Assembly (NCBI GenBank): GCA_965223845.1 | Contig: CBDCXR010000004.1 | Span: 6,976,001 to 7,040,000 of the forward strand | Direction: 5' to 3' | Length of the DNA: 64,000 nucleotides | Source: Planctomycetota bacterium | GTDB taxonomy: Bacteria > Planctomycetota > UBA8108 > SXIK01 | Shown: piece by piece, positions 1-10,259 of the stretch | How the letters are laid out: every line of letters begins with the position of its first letter | Position numbering within the stretch: position 1 is the first letter of the stretch | Notes under the pieces: generated by a model | Told to the model about the DNA's origin: nothing | The model's database searches: none | What the model saw: the letters and a program-made list of their open reading frames with translations, nothing else | Made by a program: the position numbers and the translations under genes

Positions 1-2
1 AC

Positions 3-1064
3 CTCGGGATCCCGTTCGCGCACGTTCTCATGAACGCGACGCATACGCACCACGCACCGGCGACGGTCTCGATTCACGACTACGAGCGCGACGAGGCGTT
101 CTGCGCGGCGGTACGAGACGCGATCGTCGCGGCGACGAAACGCGCGGTCGAGAGACTCGAGAAGCCGGGGAGCGAGTGCCGCTTCCTCTTTCGGCTCGGC
201 GAGGAATCGTCGGTTGGCCAGAACAGTCGGCTCCTTCTCGATGACGGAACGATCTACTGGATCGGTCGCCGCGACAAGATCGTCCGACCGACCGGGCCGT
301 TCGATCCCGAGCTCCCCGTCCTCGCTTTCGAGCGCCTTGCGGGCGGCTTCGAGTCGGTGATCTTCAACCATTCGACCCATCTCATCGGGACCAATCGTGC
401 CGGCGTGCGCTCGCCGAGCTTCTACGGGCTCGCGGCGCAGGAGCTCGAGGCGAGTCGTGGGGGGACGTTCACCTTCATCGCCGGAGCGTACGGGTCGACG
501 CACAACTTGACGCTGAGCTGTCCGGAGATGGTCCTTCGAATTCGCCGCGCCGTCGAGCGCGGGCTCGGCCGTCTGCTTCCTCGCCGCGTCGATGCGGTTC
601 GCGCGCTCCGGCGCGAAGTCACGTACAAGGTGAGACGATTCGACGAAGCAGCCGAAGAGAAAGCGGTCTCCTCCTACTGTAAGCTCGAACCGTCGCGCGG
701 CGGCGAGACTCACGCGAAGGTGTTCCGCGCGATGCGCGCGAAGCTAGAGCGCCTTCAGGGCGAGGAGCGAACGACGTGGATTCAAGCGCTGCGAATCGGT
801 GACGTCGCGCTCGTCGGGATTCCCGGCGAGTGTTTCACTTCGCTCGGTGTCGAGATCAAGCGGCGCTCGCCGTTTCGGTACACGTACATCGCGGGTACGG
901 CGAACGACTACGTGGGATACATCCCCGACGACGAAGCCTACGATCTCGGCGGCTACCAAGTCTGGACGGGGTTTCACAGCTTCGTCGAGCGCGGAACCGG
1001 CGAGGCGTTCGTCGACGTCGCGGTCGAGATGCTCGAGAAGCTGCACGACGAAACGGCGAACTGA
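3..1064 (+). CDS. Neutral/alkaline ceramidase-like hydrolase (5'-truncated by window edge)
   Basis: Frame is open from position 3 (LGIPFAHVLMNATHTHHAP). The ATHTH motif and C-terminal 'IQALRIGD..VGIPGE.F..LG..IK..SP....AND YVGYIP' pattern are typical of this family. Confidence 0.7.
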   Translation, partial: LGIPFAHVLMNATHTHHAPATVSIHDYERDEAFCAAVRDAIVAATKRAVERLEKPGSECRFLFRLGEESSVGQNSRLLLDDGTIYWIGRRDKIVRPTGPFDPELPVLAFERLAGGFESVIFNHSTHLIGTNRAGVRSPSFYGLAAQELEASRGGTFTFIAGAYGSTHNLTLSCPEMVLRIRRAVERGLGRLLPRRVDAVRALRREVTYKVRRFDEAAEEKAVSSYCKLEPSRGGETHAKVFRAMRAKLERLQGEERTTWIQALRIGDVALVGIPGECFTSLGVEIKRRSPFRYTYIAGTANDYVGYIPDDEAYDLGGYQVWTGFHSFVERGTGEAFVDVAVEMLEKLHDETAN

Positions 1065-1095
1065 AGGGGTCGAGCATGCACGGAGGGGATCGAAC

Positions 1096-1902
1096 GTGAA
1101 CCGCGCTTGTGAGTCGGAAGGACGACTCGTTGAAACGCGTCTCGGCGCGCTGACCTCGTCCGCGGCGATTCTTCTTCTCGCTGTGCTGGCGGGCTGTCGA
1201 TCGCCGGCGGACCGCCCGAGCTCTCCGGCGATGCGTCGATCGGCCGACTCGGAACGAGTGGCGATGACGATCGAGCCGTCGGCGGACTTCGTTCTCGACG
1301 GAAGCGGGACTCAGCCCGAATGGCGCGCCGCGCAGTGGGTGAGTCTGAATCGTCGCCAGGGCGGCGATCTCCCCTACGAAGCGAAGCTCAAGGCGCTTTA
1401 TTCGGAGACGGGACTCTACTTCCTCTTTGAGGCTACCGATCGCAAGCTGACGGCGACGTTCACGGAAGACTTCTCGAACCTTTGGACCGAGGACGTCTTC
1501 GAGATCTTTCTGTGGACGGACGAGCGCTATCCCGTCTACTTCGAGTACGAGATCTCCCCTCTCGGCGTCGAGCTGCCGATTCTGATCCCGAACTTCGGCG
1601 GCGAATTCCTCGGCTGGCGACCGTGGCACTACGACGGCGAGCGGAAGACGCGAACGGCGACGCAGGCGATCGGGGGCGCGAAAGAGAGTGGCGCGGCGGT
1701 CGACGGCTGGCGCGCGGAGGTATTCATCCCGTACGTCCTCCTTCGGCCGCTTCAGAACGTGCCGCCGACGGCGGGCTCGGAGTGGCGCGCGAACTTCTAT
1801 CGCGTCGACCACGACGACGGGCGGCGGACGACTTGGGATTGGTCGCGGGTGGGGAGCGACTTCCACGAGTTCGAAGCCTTCGGTCGGTTTCGATTCGAGT
1901 AA
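1096..1902 (+). CDS. Lipoprotein with carbohydrate-binding family 9-like (DOMON-type sugar-binding) domain
   Basis: GTG at 1096 follows a GGAGGGG RBS; lipobox LAGC; CBM9-like motifs LWTEDVFEIF, YFEYEISPLG, WRAEVFIP, WRANFYR. Confidence 0.75.
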   Translation: MNRACESEGRLVETRLGALTSSAAILLLAVLAGCRSPADRPSSPAMRRSADSERVAMTIEPSADFVLDGSGTQPEWRAAQWVSLNRRQGGDLPYEAKLKALYSETGLYFLFEATDRKLTATFTEDFSNLWTEDVFEIFLWTDERYPVYFEYEISPLGVELPILIPNFGGEFLGWRPWHYDGERKTRTATQAIGGAKESGAAVDGWRAEVFIPYVLLRPLQNVPPTAGSEWRANFYRVDHDDGRRTTWDWSRVGSDFHEFEAFGRFRFE

Positions 1903-1999
1903 CCGAACCCATCGGTTGGCGCTCGAGAGCGACGGGACTTGAGGACGGCGCTTCCCGGTCGGGGGGCGGGAACGCCCACGCACCGATACTCCGTCTCGG

Positions 2000-3691
2000 T
2001 CAGTCTCTTTCGAGGCGAACGAGACGGATCGCCCGCGAGTGCGGGCGGAGATCTTCGATGAGGATCTCCGCGGCGTACGGACGAAGGACCTCGAAGCGCC
2101 GGTGCGTTCGCCGGCGCGTCTTGTCGATCGCGAGCACGTAGACGCGTGGGACTTCCTCGAGCTTTGCGCGAATCTCGGCCTCCGAGTAAATCGGCTGGCT
2201 CTTCCGGTCGGTGTAGAGCGAAACGAGACCGGCGGTCGTCTCGTCGGGATCGAACAGGTAGATCGGCTCGCTCGCCGGAACGAGGTCGGCGACGCGGCGC
2301 GTGATCGGGCCGAGGCTCTTGATCGCGTCGAGCGGAGGGAGGAGTGCCGAGGCGCTCACGGCGATGCAAAGGACGAAGCCGACGTACCAGCGCGAGAGTC
2401 CCGTGCGATTCCGCCCGCGAGCGAACGCCCGGCCGGCCGCAACCGCCGCGCCGAGCCCCGCCGTCGTGGCTGCGAGCGCGAGGACGAGCGACAGATCGGA
2501 AAGCCAAACGCGCGCGACCGGAATCGCGAGAGCGATCACCGCCGTGAAGCCGACGAGGAGCCGTGGAAACCACTTCGCGTAGGCGCTCCTTCGCTCGTCG
2601 CGCGCGAAGCGAAGCAGCCAAAGCGCCGAGGCGATCGCGCCGGCGGGCAGGAAGGGGACGATGTAAACCGCGCGCTTCGTACTCGCTAGGCTGAGCATCC
2701 CGATCCCGAATCCGAGCCAAAGGAGCGCGACGTCGGTCACCTCGCGTTCGCGCGTGATCGCACTCGCGGGCGTTCGGATACGAGTGCGTACGGCATCGAT
2801 CACCGCACCGACGAGTGGCAGCGTGAGCGGGAGTGCGTGCACGGGAAAATGAATCAAGTAGTAGTAAATCGGGCGAACGTGTCCGCGGCTTCCGGCCTCG
2901 GCCGCGACGCGGCCGACGAAGTTGTGGACGAAGATCGCGTCGAATACCGCGCCCTCCGTTTCCTGCCAGGCGAAGTAGAGCCAAGGGCCTACGATCGCCG
3001 CCGCCACGACCGGGCCGACCACGAAGAGCGGCGCAAACAGTCGCCCCGCGCCTCCGCGAACGATCACGAGTGCGACGCAAAAGAGACCCGGAACCGCGAT
3101 GCCGATCGGACCCTTCGCGAGAAAGGCGAGCGCGGCCGCGGCGCTCGCAAGTCCGCAGGCTCCCCAGCGTGTCCGCGCGTGCGAGGCCGAGTGAGCCTGG
3201 GCCGCAAAGGCCGCCGCAGCCGTCGTGCAGAGCGTGAGGACGCCGTCGACGACGACGCGATGTTGCGTCGTGAAGAACTCGACGGTGAGCGCGAGCGCAG
3301 CCGCGGTCCACCAGGCCGTGTCGACGAGTGCGTCCTTGCCGTCGTCTTGCTGCGGGCCGACGCGGGTCGAAGAGCGGAGAAGAGTTCGAACGAGAGACGC
3401 GGCGAATGCGATCGTCGCGAGTCCGCAAAGCGAGGAGAGAATGCGCGGCGCGCATTCGGGCGACGAGCCGAAGCTGCGGTAGAACGCACCGACGAGCCAA
3501 GCGTGAAGCGGCGGCTGCTCGAGAAACGGCTCGTCGCCGAGGACGGGAACCACCCAGTGGCCACGCGCAACGCTGCGTCCCACCGACGCGACCCGCGGCT
3601 CGTCGGGGGTCCACAAATCGTGGTCGAGTACGCCGATCGACGCGAGCACGATGAGTCCCGCGAGCGTCCATCGCCGCTCGGGTGCGGTCAT
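2000..3691 (-). CDS. ArnT/PMT-type (GT83/GT39) membrane glycosyltransferase
   Basis: N-terminal [23 protein letters not shown] and PIYYY motifs; many TM helices. ATG overlaps the pgi stop (ATGA). Confidence 0.8.
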   Translation of the reverse strand: MTAPERRWTLAGLIVLASIGVLDHDLWTPDEPRVASVGRSVARGHWVVPVLGDEPFLEQPPLHAWLVGAFYRSFGSSPECAPRILSSLCGLATIAFAASLVRTLLRSSTRVGPQQDDGKDALVDTAWWTAAALALTVEFFTTQHRVVVDGVLTLCTTAAAAFAAQAHSASHARTRWGACGLASAAAALAFLAKGPIGIAVPGLFCVALVIVRGGAGRLFAPLFVVGPVVAAAIVGPWLYFAWQETEGAVFDAIFVHNFVGRVAAEAGSRGHVRPIYYYLIHFPVHALPLTLPLVGAVIDAVRTRIRTPASAITREREVTDVALLWLGFGIGMLSLASTKRAVYIVPFLPAGAIASALWLLRFARDERRSAYAKWFPRLLVGFTAVIALAIPVARVWLSDLSLVLALAATTAGLGAAVAAGRAFARGRNRTGLSRWYVGFVLCIAVSASALLPPLDAIKSLGPITRRVADLVPASEPIYLFDPDETTAGLVSLYTDRKSQPIYSEAEIRAKLEEVPRVYVLAIDKTRRRTHRRFEVLRPYAAEILIEDLRPHSRAIRLVRLERD

Positions 3692-5310
3692 GCGCGCGCG
3701 CTGAAGCGATCGTGGAGCGGAAGATTCCCCGGCTCGCGGCGGACGTCGCGACCGTTCGCGGCGAGGTGGACGAGCGCGCGGTAGATCGTCTCTGCGTCAT
3801 CGGGCGCACCGACGGTCGCCGCGATCTCGTCGGCCGTCAGTGCCCTCGGGGCGCACTCGAGGAGCGCGGCGACGCTCTCGCGTTGAAGGTCGAGAACTCG
3901 CGCCGCAGCCGTTTTCCCCGCCTGAACGCCCGGTTGGTGGTAGGCGTTGATATTGACGAGCGAAGCGTAGAGGCCGACCGTGCGCTCGAAGAGTGCGATC
4001 ACGGCACCGAGAGTGCGCGGTGACACTTCCGGGAGGGTGATCGTGATCGACTCACGTCCCTTCTCGTGGAGCGCGTCGCGCGTGCCGAGAAAAAACCCGA
4101 AGAGGAAGTCGCCGCTCGTGATCCCCGGCTCGACCTCGCGCGACTTCCCGGCCCGATCCTTCTCGACCTCGATGAAGACGACGAAAAAATTGTGCACCCC
4201 ATCGCGAAGCTGCTGCACGTACGAGTGCTGATCCGTCGCCCCTTTGTTGCCGTAAACCGAGATCCCCTGGTGCACCGTGACGCCGTCGAGGTCTTTTTCC
4301 TTTCCGAGCGATTCCATGACGAGCTGCTGGAGATAACGCGAAAGGAGGATCAGGCGGTCCTTGTACGGCAGGACCACCATGTCTTTCGCGCCGCGGCCGT
4401 CGACGGCGCGGTACCAGGCGAGAGCGAGCATCGCCGCGGGGTTCGCACGTGGATCGGCTTCGCGCGTAGCGACGTCCATTTCGCGCGCTCCCGCGAGGAA
4501 TTCGTCGAGGTCGATGCCCGCGAGCGCCGCGGGAAGGAGGCCGACGGCGGCGGTCTCGGAGGTTCGCCCTCCGACCCAGTCCCACATCGGAAAGCGTGCG
4601 AGCCATCCGTTCGCCTCGGCGAGCCGATCGAGAGCGCTTCCTTCGCCCGTCACGGCGACGGCGTGTTTTGCGAAGTCGAGATTGGCGCGCTCGAACGCCC
4701 ACTCCGACTCGAGCATGCCGTTCCGGGTTTCCTTTGTTCCGCCCGACTTCGAGATCACGAGGACGAGCGTCGCGTCGAGCTCGTCCCCGATCGAGGCGAA
4801 CACGCGATCGAATCCGTCCGGATCGGTGTTGTCGAGAAAGTGGAGCCGGAGACCGCTTCCCGTCGCCGCTCTGGCCGCGGTCCCCAGCGCGTCGTCCGCC
4901 AGCTGAGGGCCGAGTGCGGATCCGCCGATGCCGACGACGAGCGCGTGGCGAAATTTCGGCGCACTCTCCGGGCGGATGACCCCGGAACGAATCGCGCGCG
5001 CGAATTCGCGGATGCGCTCGAACGTCTCCACGATGGTCGCGGTGATCGCCGGCTCGGGCGCGAGGTCGGGCGCGCGCAGCCAGTAGTGGCCGACTCGACG
5101 ATTCTCATCCGGATTGGCGATCGCCCCCGACTCGAGCTCGGCCATCGCGGAGAGTGCGCGCCGGATATCGCTATCGGTCTCGGCGAGAAACTCCGGCGTT
5201 AGCTCGAGGCGGGAGAGGTCGATCGTGATGCCGAGCGCTTCGCAGCGCGCTCGTTGGTATCGTTCCCAGAGGGCTCGCTTGCGAGAGGTCACGAGTTCGT
5301 CGTTCGCCAT
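3688..5310 (-). CDS. pgi: Glucose-6-phosphate isomerase
   Basis: [45 protein letters not shown] and NAYHQPGV motifs. Start chosen at MANDEL (5310). Confidence 0.95.
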   Translation of the reverse strand: MANDELVTSRKRALWERYQRARCEALGITIDLSRLELTPEFLAETDSDIRRALSAMAELESGAIANPDENRRVGHYWLRAPDLAPEPAITATIVETFERIREFARAIRSGVIRPESAPKFRHALVVGIGGSALGPQLADDALGTAARAATGSGLRLHFLDNTDPDGFDRVFASIGDELDATLVLVISKSGGTKETRNGMLESEWAFERANLDFAKHAVAVTGEGSALDRLAEANGWLARFPMWDWVGGRTSETAAVGLLPAALAGIDLDEFLAGAREMDVATREADPRANPAAMLALAWYRAVDGRGAKDMVVLPYKDRLILLSRYLQQLVMESLGKEKDLDGVTVHQGISVYGNKGATDQHSYVQQLRDGVHNFFVVFIEVEKDRAGKSREVEPGITSGDFLFGFFLGTRDALHEKGRESITITLPEVSPRTLGAVIALFERTVGLYASLVNINAYHQPGVQAGKTAAARVLDLQRESVAALLECAPRALTADEIAATVGAPDDAETIYRALVHLAANGRDVRREPGNLPLHDRFSARA

Positions 5311-5662
5311 GTTCGGTTCCGAGGGCTCGAGAAGGCGCCGCGCTGCCGCTGCGTTTCCGCCGGTCGAATCAGGGGAATCCCGATACGCGCGCACGCCGAT
5401 TCTGCGCTCTTCGGGCCCGCGTTGCCACCCCCGGAAGATGCGTCTCGGGAGCCGGCTGCGGCGACGGAGAAAACGGCGACGAAAAGCTCTTTTTTCGGCC
5501 CGTCGATCCAGGTATCTTTGCCCCGAATACGGTGACGCCGAGACGAGTTTCGACGTCCGTTCTGGACGCGCAGTCGCCCGCGCTTCCGGCGTCGACTCCT
5601 CCCGCGCCCCGCCTGAGAAGCCGAGCCGGGACGACCGAGCGACTTCTCACGCCGAGTCCGAG

Positions 5663-6199
5663 ATGACCCCCCCCACGGACAGCCCCCAACGACTCGTAGA
5701 AGACGCCCTTCGCGCGGAGCCGGTCAAGTACCTCTGCGAGCGCGAGCCGCCGATCGTCGAAGCGTCTCTCCCCGTCGTCGATGTGCTCGAGCTACTGCGC
5801 AAGCACGAGGTCGGGTGCGTGATCGTCGTCGACGAAGTGCCCGACGGGGATGCCGTCGGCGGGAAGCCCGTCGGGATCTTCACCGAGCGCGACGTGCTCG
5901 ATCGCTGGGCCGTGCTCGACTCCGACGAGTGGCTCAGCATCAAGTACAACCCGATCGAGAGGCATATGTCGCCGTCGCCTCGGTGTCTCGACTCAGCGGT
6001 CCACCTGGATGAGGCGACCCAGCTCATGACGAAGCGGGGTTATCGCCATCTTCCCATCACGGAGGAGGGCGAGCTCATCGGCGTGCTCTCGGCGAAGGGC
6101 ATCGTGGACTACCTCGCGCAGTATTTTCCGGCCGAGGTGTTCAACCTGCCGCCGACTCCCGAGCTAGAGTCCAAGTTTGACAAGCGGGAGGGCGAGTAG
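5663..6199 (+). CDS. CBS-pair protein with C-terminal FPxEVFNLPP tail
   Basis: GIFTERD, YRHLPI and GVLS CBS motifs. ATG at 5663. Confidence 0.85.
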   Translation: MTPPTDSPQRLVEDALRAEPVKYLCEREPPIVEASLPVVDVLELLRKHEVGCVIVVDEVPDGDAVGGKPVGIFTERDVLDRWAVLDSDEWLSIKYNPIERHMSPSPRCLDSAVHLDEATQLMTKRGYRHLPITEEGELIGVLSAKGIVDYLAQYFPAEVFNLPPTPELESKFDKREGE

Positions 6200-6675
6200 G
6201 GCATCTGCGTCGCGGCGAGGCCGTGTCGGAGACAAGATCATTCCGGAAGCCGGTGCGCCGGAGAGGAAAGGCGCGACCGGCGGGCAACCGTGGGAGAAGT
6301 GCGCACTGCGTTCGAGGTTCGGCGACAACCGCGAGTGCAAGGTCCAGGAAGGAGCGGAAGGCGAGAAAGAAAAGCCGGAAGGAGACGTCGATAGTAGACT
6401 CAGATGAACGAGCGTTGAATCCGGTGACCGCATTCTGCGCAAACGCCTGAGTTGCGAAAGAAGACCGTCTAGTTGACCGATAATAAGATCGAGACCGGAC
6501 TCCGATCGAACGACCCCGAGGGACCGAGCTGAGGGAAAAAGCCGACCTGAGGGAGAGAGGCGGAGACACTCGGTAGAGCGAACGTCGAACCAGGCGCTCC
6601 GAACCGCGCGATGCGGAGAGGACGCTTTCCCCGATCGCCGTCGCCCGCAGAGAGGCGACACCACGAGCTGGCACC

Positions 6676-8550
6676 ATGACCCTAAACACGAAAGAGATCG
6701 TCGCCACCGACGAACAGAAGGCCCAGTATCTCGACCGAGACAGTGTCGTCGTTCGCTTCGCCGGGGACTCGGGCGACGGGATGCAGATCACGGGATCTCT
6801 GTTTACTCACAACTCGGCGCTCGTCGGTTACGACATCAGCACGTTCCCCGACTTTCCCGCGGAGATCCGTGCGCCGGCGGGGACTCTGCCCGGGGTGAGT
6901 GGCTTCCAATTGAATTTCAGCTCGCTCGACATCCGCACACCGGGCGACGCGCCGGACGCACTCATCGCGCTCAATCCGGCGGCGCTCAAGGCGAACCTCG
7001 AAGATCTCGTACCGGGGGGGCTGATCATCCTCAACGAGGACACCTTCCGGACGAACAACCTGAAGAAGGCGGGTTACACCGTCGACCCGCGCGAGGACAA
7101 CAGCCTCGATGGCTACCGCGTCGTCTCCGTCCCGATCACCAAGCTGACGTCGGAGGCGGTCGAGCCCGCAGGACTCAGCCACAAGGACGGGCAGCGCTCG
7201 AAGAACATGTTCTCCCTCGGGCTCGTCCACTGGGTCTACGACCGCCCTCTCGAGCCGACGCTGAGACTTCTCGAGGCGAAGTTCGCCAAGAAGCCGCAGG
7301 TGTTCGAGGCGAACCGACTCGCGCTCCAAGCCGGGTACAACTACGCCGAGACGATGGAGATCGTCGCGCACCAGACTCGCGTTGCGAAGGCGACCCTCCC
7401 CAAGGGCAAGTACCGGATGATCACCGGTAACGAGGCGACCGCGATGGGATTCATCGCCGCTTCACAGCTCGCGAGTCGGACTCTCTTCTACGGCAGCTAC
7501 CCGATCACGCCGGCGAGCGACGTCCTTCACTATCTGTCGCGGTACAAGGATTTCGGCGTCCGGACCTTTCAGGCCGAAGACGAGATCGCCGCGATCGGCG
7601 CTGCGATCGGGGCGTCGTTCGGCGGGGCGATCGGCCTCACGGGGACGAGCGGCCCAGGGCTCGCGCTCAAGTCCGAGGCGCTCGGCCTCGCGGTCATGAC
7701 CGAGCTTCCCCTGATCGTCATCAACGTGCAGCGGGGTGGGCCGTCGACCGGGCTTCCGACGAAGACCGAGCAGGCGGATCTTCTTCAAGCGATGTTCGGG
7801 CGGAACGGTGAGTGTCCCGTGGCGATCGTCGCACCGGCGACTCCCGGAGACTGCTTTCACTGCGCGATCGAGGCCGTACGCATCGCCGTGCGGCACATGG
7901 TTCCGGTGATCTATCTCTCCGACGGGTACCTCGCCAACGGCGCCGAGCCCTGGATCATTCCGAAGGTCGACGAGCTCCCGGCGATCGAGGTCGAGTTCGC
8001 GACGGAGTCCGACGCGGCCGACTTCGAGCCCTACCGCCGGAATCCGCAGACGCTATCACGTCCGTGGGCTCTTCCGGGGACGCCGGGCCTCGAGCACCGG
8101 ATCGGCGGTCTCGAGAAGCAGGACGTCACGGGCGACGTGAGCTACGATCCCGAGAATCACGAGCACATGGTTCGGATCCGGGCGGAGAAAATCGAGCGTG
8201 TCGCCGACGGCATCGCGGACGCTGAGGTGTTCGGCAACCCGGAGGGCGGTCGACTTCTCGTCGTCGGCTGGGGCGGCACGTACGGCGCGATCACGACGGC
8301 CGTCGAGCGTGCGCGGAAACGTGGCGGGAAGGTCTCTTCCGTCCACCTCCGCCATCTCAATCCCATGCCGCCGAATCTCGAGGAGCTCCTCGGTCGATTC
8401 GATCGCGTGCTCGTGCCCGAGCTCAACATGGGGCAGCTCCTCCTCCTTCTCCGGGGGCGGTTCTCGCGAGAATTCATTCCTCTCAATAAGGTCCAAGGCC
8501 AGCCGTTCAAGGTCGAGGAAATCGAAGACAAGATCGAGGAGCTACTGTAA
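6676..8550 (+). CDS. korA: 2-oxoacid:ferredoxin oxidoreductase alpha subunit (gamma-alpha fusion)
   Basis: AGDSGDGMQ, FPAEIRAP, YPITPAS, QAEDEIAA, TSGPG and QRGGPSTGLPTK motifs. Substrate (2-oxoglutarate or other) is not resolved. Confidence 0.92.
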   Translation: MTLNTKEIVATDEQKAQYLDRDSVVVRFAGDSGDGMQITGSLFTHNSALVGYDISTFPDFPAEIRAPAGTLPGVSGFQLNFSSLDIRTPGDAPDALIALNPAALKANLEDLVPGGLIILNEDTFRTNNLKKAGYTVDPREDNSLDGYRVVSVPITKLTSEAVEPAGLSHKDGQRSKNMFSLGLVHWVYDRPLEPTLRLLEAKFAKKPQVFEANRLALQAGYNYAETMEIVAHQTRVAKATLPKGKYRMITGNEATAMGFIAASQLASRTLFYGSYPITPASDVLHYLSRYKDFGVRTFQAEDEIAAIGAAIGASFGGAIGLTGTSGPGLALKSEALGLAVMTELPLIVINVQRGGPSTGLPTKTEQADLLQAMFGRNGECPVAIVAPATPGDCFHCAIEAVRIAVRHMVPVIYLSDGYLANGAEPWIIPKVDELPAIEVEFATESDAADFEPYRRNPQTLSRPWALPGTPGLEHRIGGLEKQDVTGDVSYDPENHEHMVRIRAEKIERVADGIADAEVFGNPEGGRLLVVGWGGTYGAITTAVERARKRGGKVSSVHLRHLNPMPPNLEELLGRFDRVLVPELNMGQLLLLLRGRFSREFIPLNKVQGQPFKVEEIEDKIEELL

Positions 8551-8556
8551 GCGGCC

Positions 8557-9606
8557 ATGAGTGACACCGGCATCGTCGAACCCGCTCCCAGCTACACCAA
8601 GGCCGACTTCACCAGCGACCAGGTCGTGCGGTGGTGTCCCGGTTGCGGCGACTACTCGATCCTCGCGCAGATGCAGAAGGTGCTTCCCGACATCTGTGAG
8701 GAGCAAGGGCTCCGTCGAGAGGACGTCGTGTTCGTGTCCGGCATCGGTTGCTCGAGTCGGTTCCCGTACTACATGAACACGTACGGGTTCCACAGCATTC
8801 ACGGACGCGCGCCGACTTTCGCGACGGGGCTCAAGATCGCGAACCCGAAGCTGCAGATTTGGGTGGTGACGGGAGACGGCGACGGACTCTCGATCGGCGG
8901 CAACCATTTGATGCACGCGCTGCGCCGGAACGTCGATCTGAAGATCCTCCTCTTCAACAACCGGATCTACGGCCTCACCAAGGGGCAGTACTCGCCGACG
9001 AGCGAGTTCGGGAAGCGCACGAAGTCGAGCCCGTTCGGCACCGTCGAGGCGCCGATCAACCCGCTCTGTCTCGCGATCGCGTCGGAGGCGACGTTCGTCG
9101 CCCGCACGATCGACGCCGATCCGAAGCACATGCAGCAGGTGCTCCAGCGGGCGGCCGCGCATCGCGGCTCGGCGTTCGTCGAGATCTATCAGAACTGCAA
9201 TATCTTCAACGACGGGGCGTTCGAAGACTTCGCCGCGCGCCCGGTGCGCGAGGACCAGACGATTTCGCTCGAGCACGGTCAGCCGATGGTGTTCGGCAAG
9301 GAAACGACGAAGGGCCTCCGCTTCACCGGCGGTGTGACGCCGGAGGTCGTCGAGGTCGGCGAACAGCCGCCCAGCGACAGCGGAGTCATCGTTCACGACG
9401 AACAATCGAGGGACTCGACGCTCGCGTACCTGCTCTCGCAGCTCGAACATCCGGAATTTCCCGTGCCGCTCGGAGTGTTTCGTGCGATCGAGAAGCCGAC
9501 GTACGAGGTCATGCTCGATGAGCAGGTGGTCACGGCGACGAGCCGAGAGGGCGCCGGGAACCTCGACGCCCTGCTGAATTCCGGGGATACGTGGGTCGTC
9601 GACTGA
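8557..9606 (+). CDS. korB: 2-oxoacid:ferredoxin oxidoreductase beta subunit (TPP/Fe-S)
   Basis: WCPGCGD, SGIGCSS, HGRA, GDGD...NN TPP motif and YQNCNIFN. Confidence 0.92.
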   Translation: MSDTGIVEPAPSYTKADFTSDQVVRWCPGCGDYSILAQMQKVLPDICEEQGLRREDVVFVSGIGCSSRFPYYMNTYGFHSIHGRAPTFATGLKIANPKLQIWVVTGDGDGLSIGGNHLMHALRRNVDLKILLFNNRIYGLTKGQYSPTSEFGKRTKSSPFGTVEAPINPLCLAIASEATFVARTIDADPKHMQQVLQRAAAHRGSAFVEIYQNCNIFNDGAFEDFAARPVREDQTISLEHGQPMVFGKETTKGLRFTGGVTPEVVEVGEQPPSDSGVIVHDEQSRDSTLAYLLSQLEHPEFPVPLGVFRAIEKPTYEVMLDEQVVTATSREGAGNLDALLNSGDTWVVD

Positions 9607-9743
9607 GAGGCGATCTCGGAGCATCGGGGGTGGCTCGAGGATGAGATTCTCGCTCCTCGAGTGACCCTCGCCGACGGAATGAACGATCCCCGCCGTCCCG
9701 GTGGGATGCGACGCGGATCGATGAAACATCTTGGGGGGACGCG

Positions 9744-10259
9744 ATGCGGTGCCCGAGCTGCGATGCCGAGTATCTTCTCGGCCAGGACACGTGCGACTCG
9801 TGCGGCGTCGATCTTACGGAGGTCGACGTCCCCGGGCCGAAGCGCGGCCGACTGCATCGATTGATCCTCAAGGATCCGATCTCGCAGCTCAACGCTCCGA
9901 GTCCGATCGTGCTCGGAAAGTCCGCCACCGTCGCCGACGCCGTACAGCAGATGCGAGAGAAGCGTTACGGCAGCGTGCTGGTCGTCGACGATGCGGGAAA
10001 GCTGAGCGGCATCGTCACGGAGCGTGACATTTTGATGCGGACAGCTATCGGCGAGACCGCGTTCGATGAAGTTTCGGTCGCCGACGTCATGACGCCGGAT
10101 CCGGGCTCACTCGATGAGGACGCTCCGATCGCGTTCGCCCTCAATCTCATGAGCGAGGGCGGATACCGCCACGTCGCCATCGTTCGCGACGAGCAGCCGA
10201 TCGGGTTTTGCTCGGTTCGCGGAATCCTTCGGTACATTGCGGAGAACGCCCTCGAGTGA
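9744..10259 (+). CDS. CBS-pair protein with N-terminal zinc ribbon
   Basis: CPSC-x10-CDSC followed by a CBS pair (GIVTERD, MTPDP, YRHV). Confidence 0.85.
   Translation: MRCPSCDAEYLLGQDTCDSCGVDLTEVDVPGPKRGRLHRLILKDPISQLNAPSPIVLGKSATVADAVQQMREKRYGSVLVVDDAGKLSGIVTERDILMRTAIGETAFDEVSVADVMTPDPGSLDEDAPIAFALNLMSEGGYRHVAIVRDEQPIGFCSVRGILRYIAENALE

Noticed and set aside
6260-6430. GAGGAAAG...GGGAGAAGTGCGCAC...AGATGAACG fragments reminiscent of RNase P RNA
   Set aside because: It lacks the GAGGAAAGTCC and 3' ACAGAA...GGCTTA halves of the P4 pseudoknot.
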